A stretch of 63,041 nt of DNA, the filler included, from Octopus bimaculoides (taxonomy: Eukaryota): the NCBI RefSeq assembly GCF_001194135.2. It is 4 parts of 4 records of this genome, joined end to end, with 100 filler letters (N's around TTAATTAATTAA, not from the genome) between each part and the next. Parts side by side here need not be neighbours in the genome. Positions count along the whole stretch, not along the records: positions 60,832 to 63,041 come from NC_069002.1; 3 more parts are not named here. One strand, given 5' to 3'. The notes under the pieces are model-generated. The model did no database searches. It worked only from the letters and a program-made list of their open reading frames with translations, and had not been told where the DNA came from. Numbering within the stretch: position 1 is the first letter of the stretch; each line of letters begins with the position of its first letter. Below are positions 62,516 through 63,041 of the stretch, in pieces. The position numbers and the translations under genes were made by a program.

Positions 62516-63041
62516 GCTCCTTNNNNNNNNNNCTCTCTCTCTCTCTCTCTCTCTCCTGCTCCTTCTCCTCCTCTCTCTCTCTCTCTCTCTCTCTGACCCT
62601 TGATCTAAAACCACTAATCACACCGTACACAGAACATGGCTATACTTTCTCTGATGAAAGCTTAAGAACACTCGAAACTACTCATAAACTAATGGACCAC
62701 CACTTCAATAGACATTTAGCAGATGTGGTGCAACCCCTTCATTCATTTTCACAGCGAAGCAAACAGTCTGGTTTTCATTAGCAAAAAAATTTGTACAATT
62801 TACATTTCAATTTGTCCTAAATCTCTGTGCATTACACAATAAAGGAAGGAATGAATGCATGTATGAGAACTTTTATGGAAAACAGACTGACCAGTTTAGC
62901 TGAGTCTGGGATTGTAATGACAATACATAATAATAAGTAACAAATGTCTCCCCACACAGAAGTTGGCAAATAGAGTCTAAGAAGTTTGTATATTGCGCGG
63001 GAATCCATCATGTTTATATATATATATATATATATATATAT

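Noticed and set aside
62651-62683. CTGATGA…GAAAC hammerhead look-alike
   Set aside because: Core words are present but neither helix I nor helix II pairs convincingly; at best a heavily decayed copy.

Overview
Eukaryotic, AT-rich, microsatellite-saturated draft-assembly sequence with about 6 kb of N gaps. The SINE families and repeat landscape look like Octopus (inference from recognising the repeats, not from a search). No complete protein-coding gene, rRNA, tRNA or CRISPR array is visible. The window is mostly a layered transposon graveyard: decayed mariner and Tc1 DNA transposons; non-LTR retrotransposon fragments of the R4/Dong, Hero, Tx1 (L1) and RTE clades; a Penelope-like element (PLE); a Helitron-like non-autonomous element; and more than 25 tRNA-derived SINE copies. 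The best signal is not in the ORF track. At least eight minimal type I hammerhead-ribozyme-like motifs, from about six unrelated short repeat families, can be folded by hand. Each has a different (quasi-)palindromic helix III. Three carry the same non-canonical core (CCGANGA, U4C) together with an A10.1-U11.1 pair. Three loci are divergent head-to-head palindromic pairs, including a ~295-bp inverted repeat with an intact ribozyme in each arm. A few isolated exon candidates with strong splice signals exist on both strands, but I cannot assemble or name a host gene.
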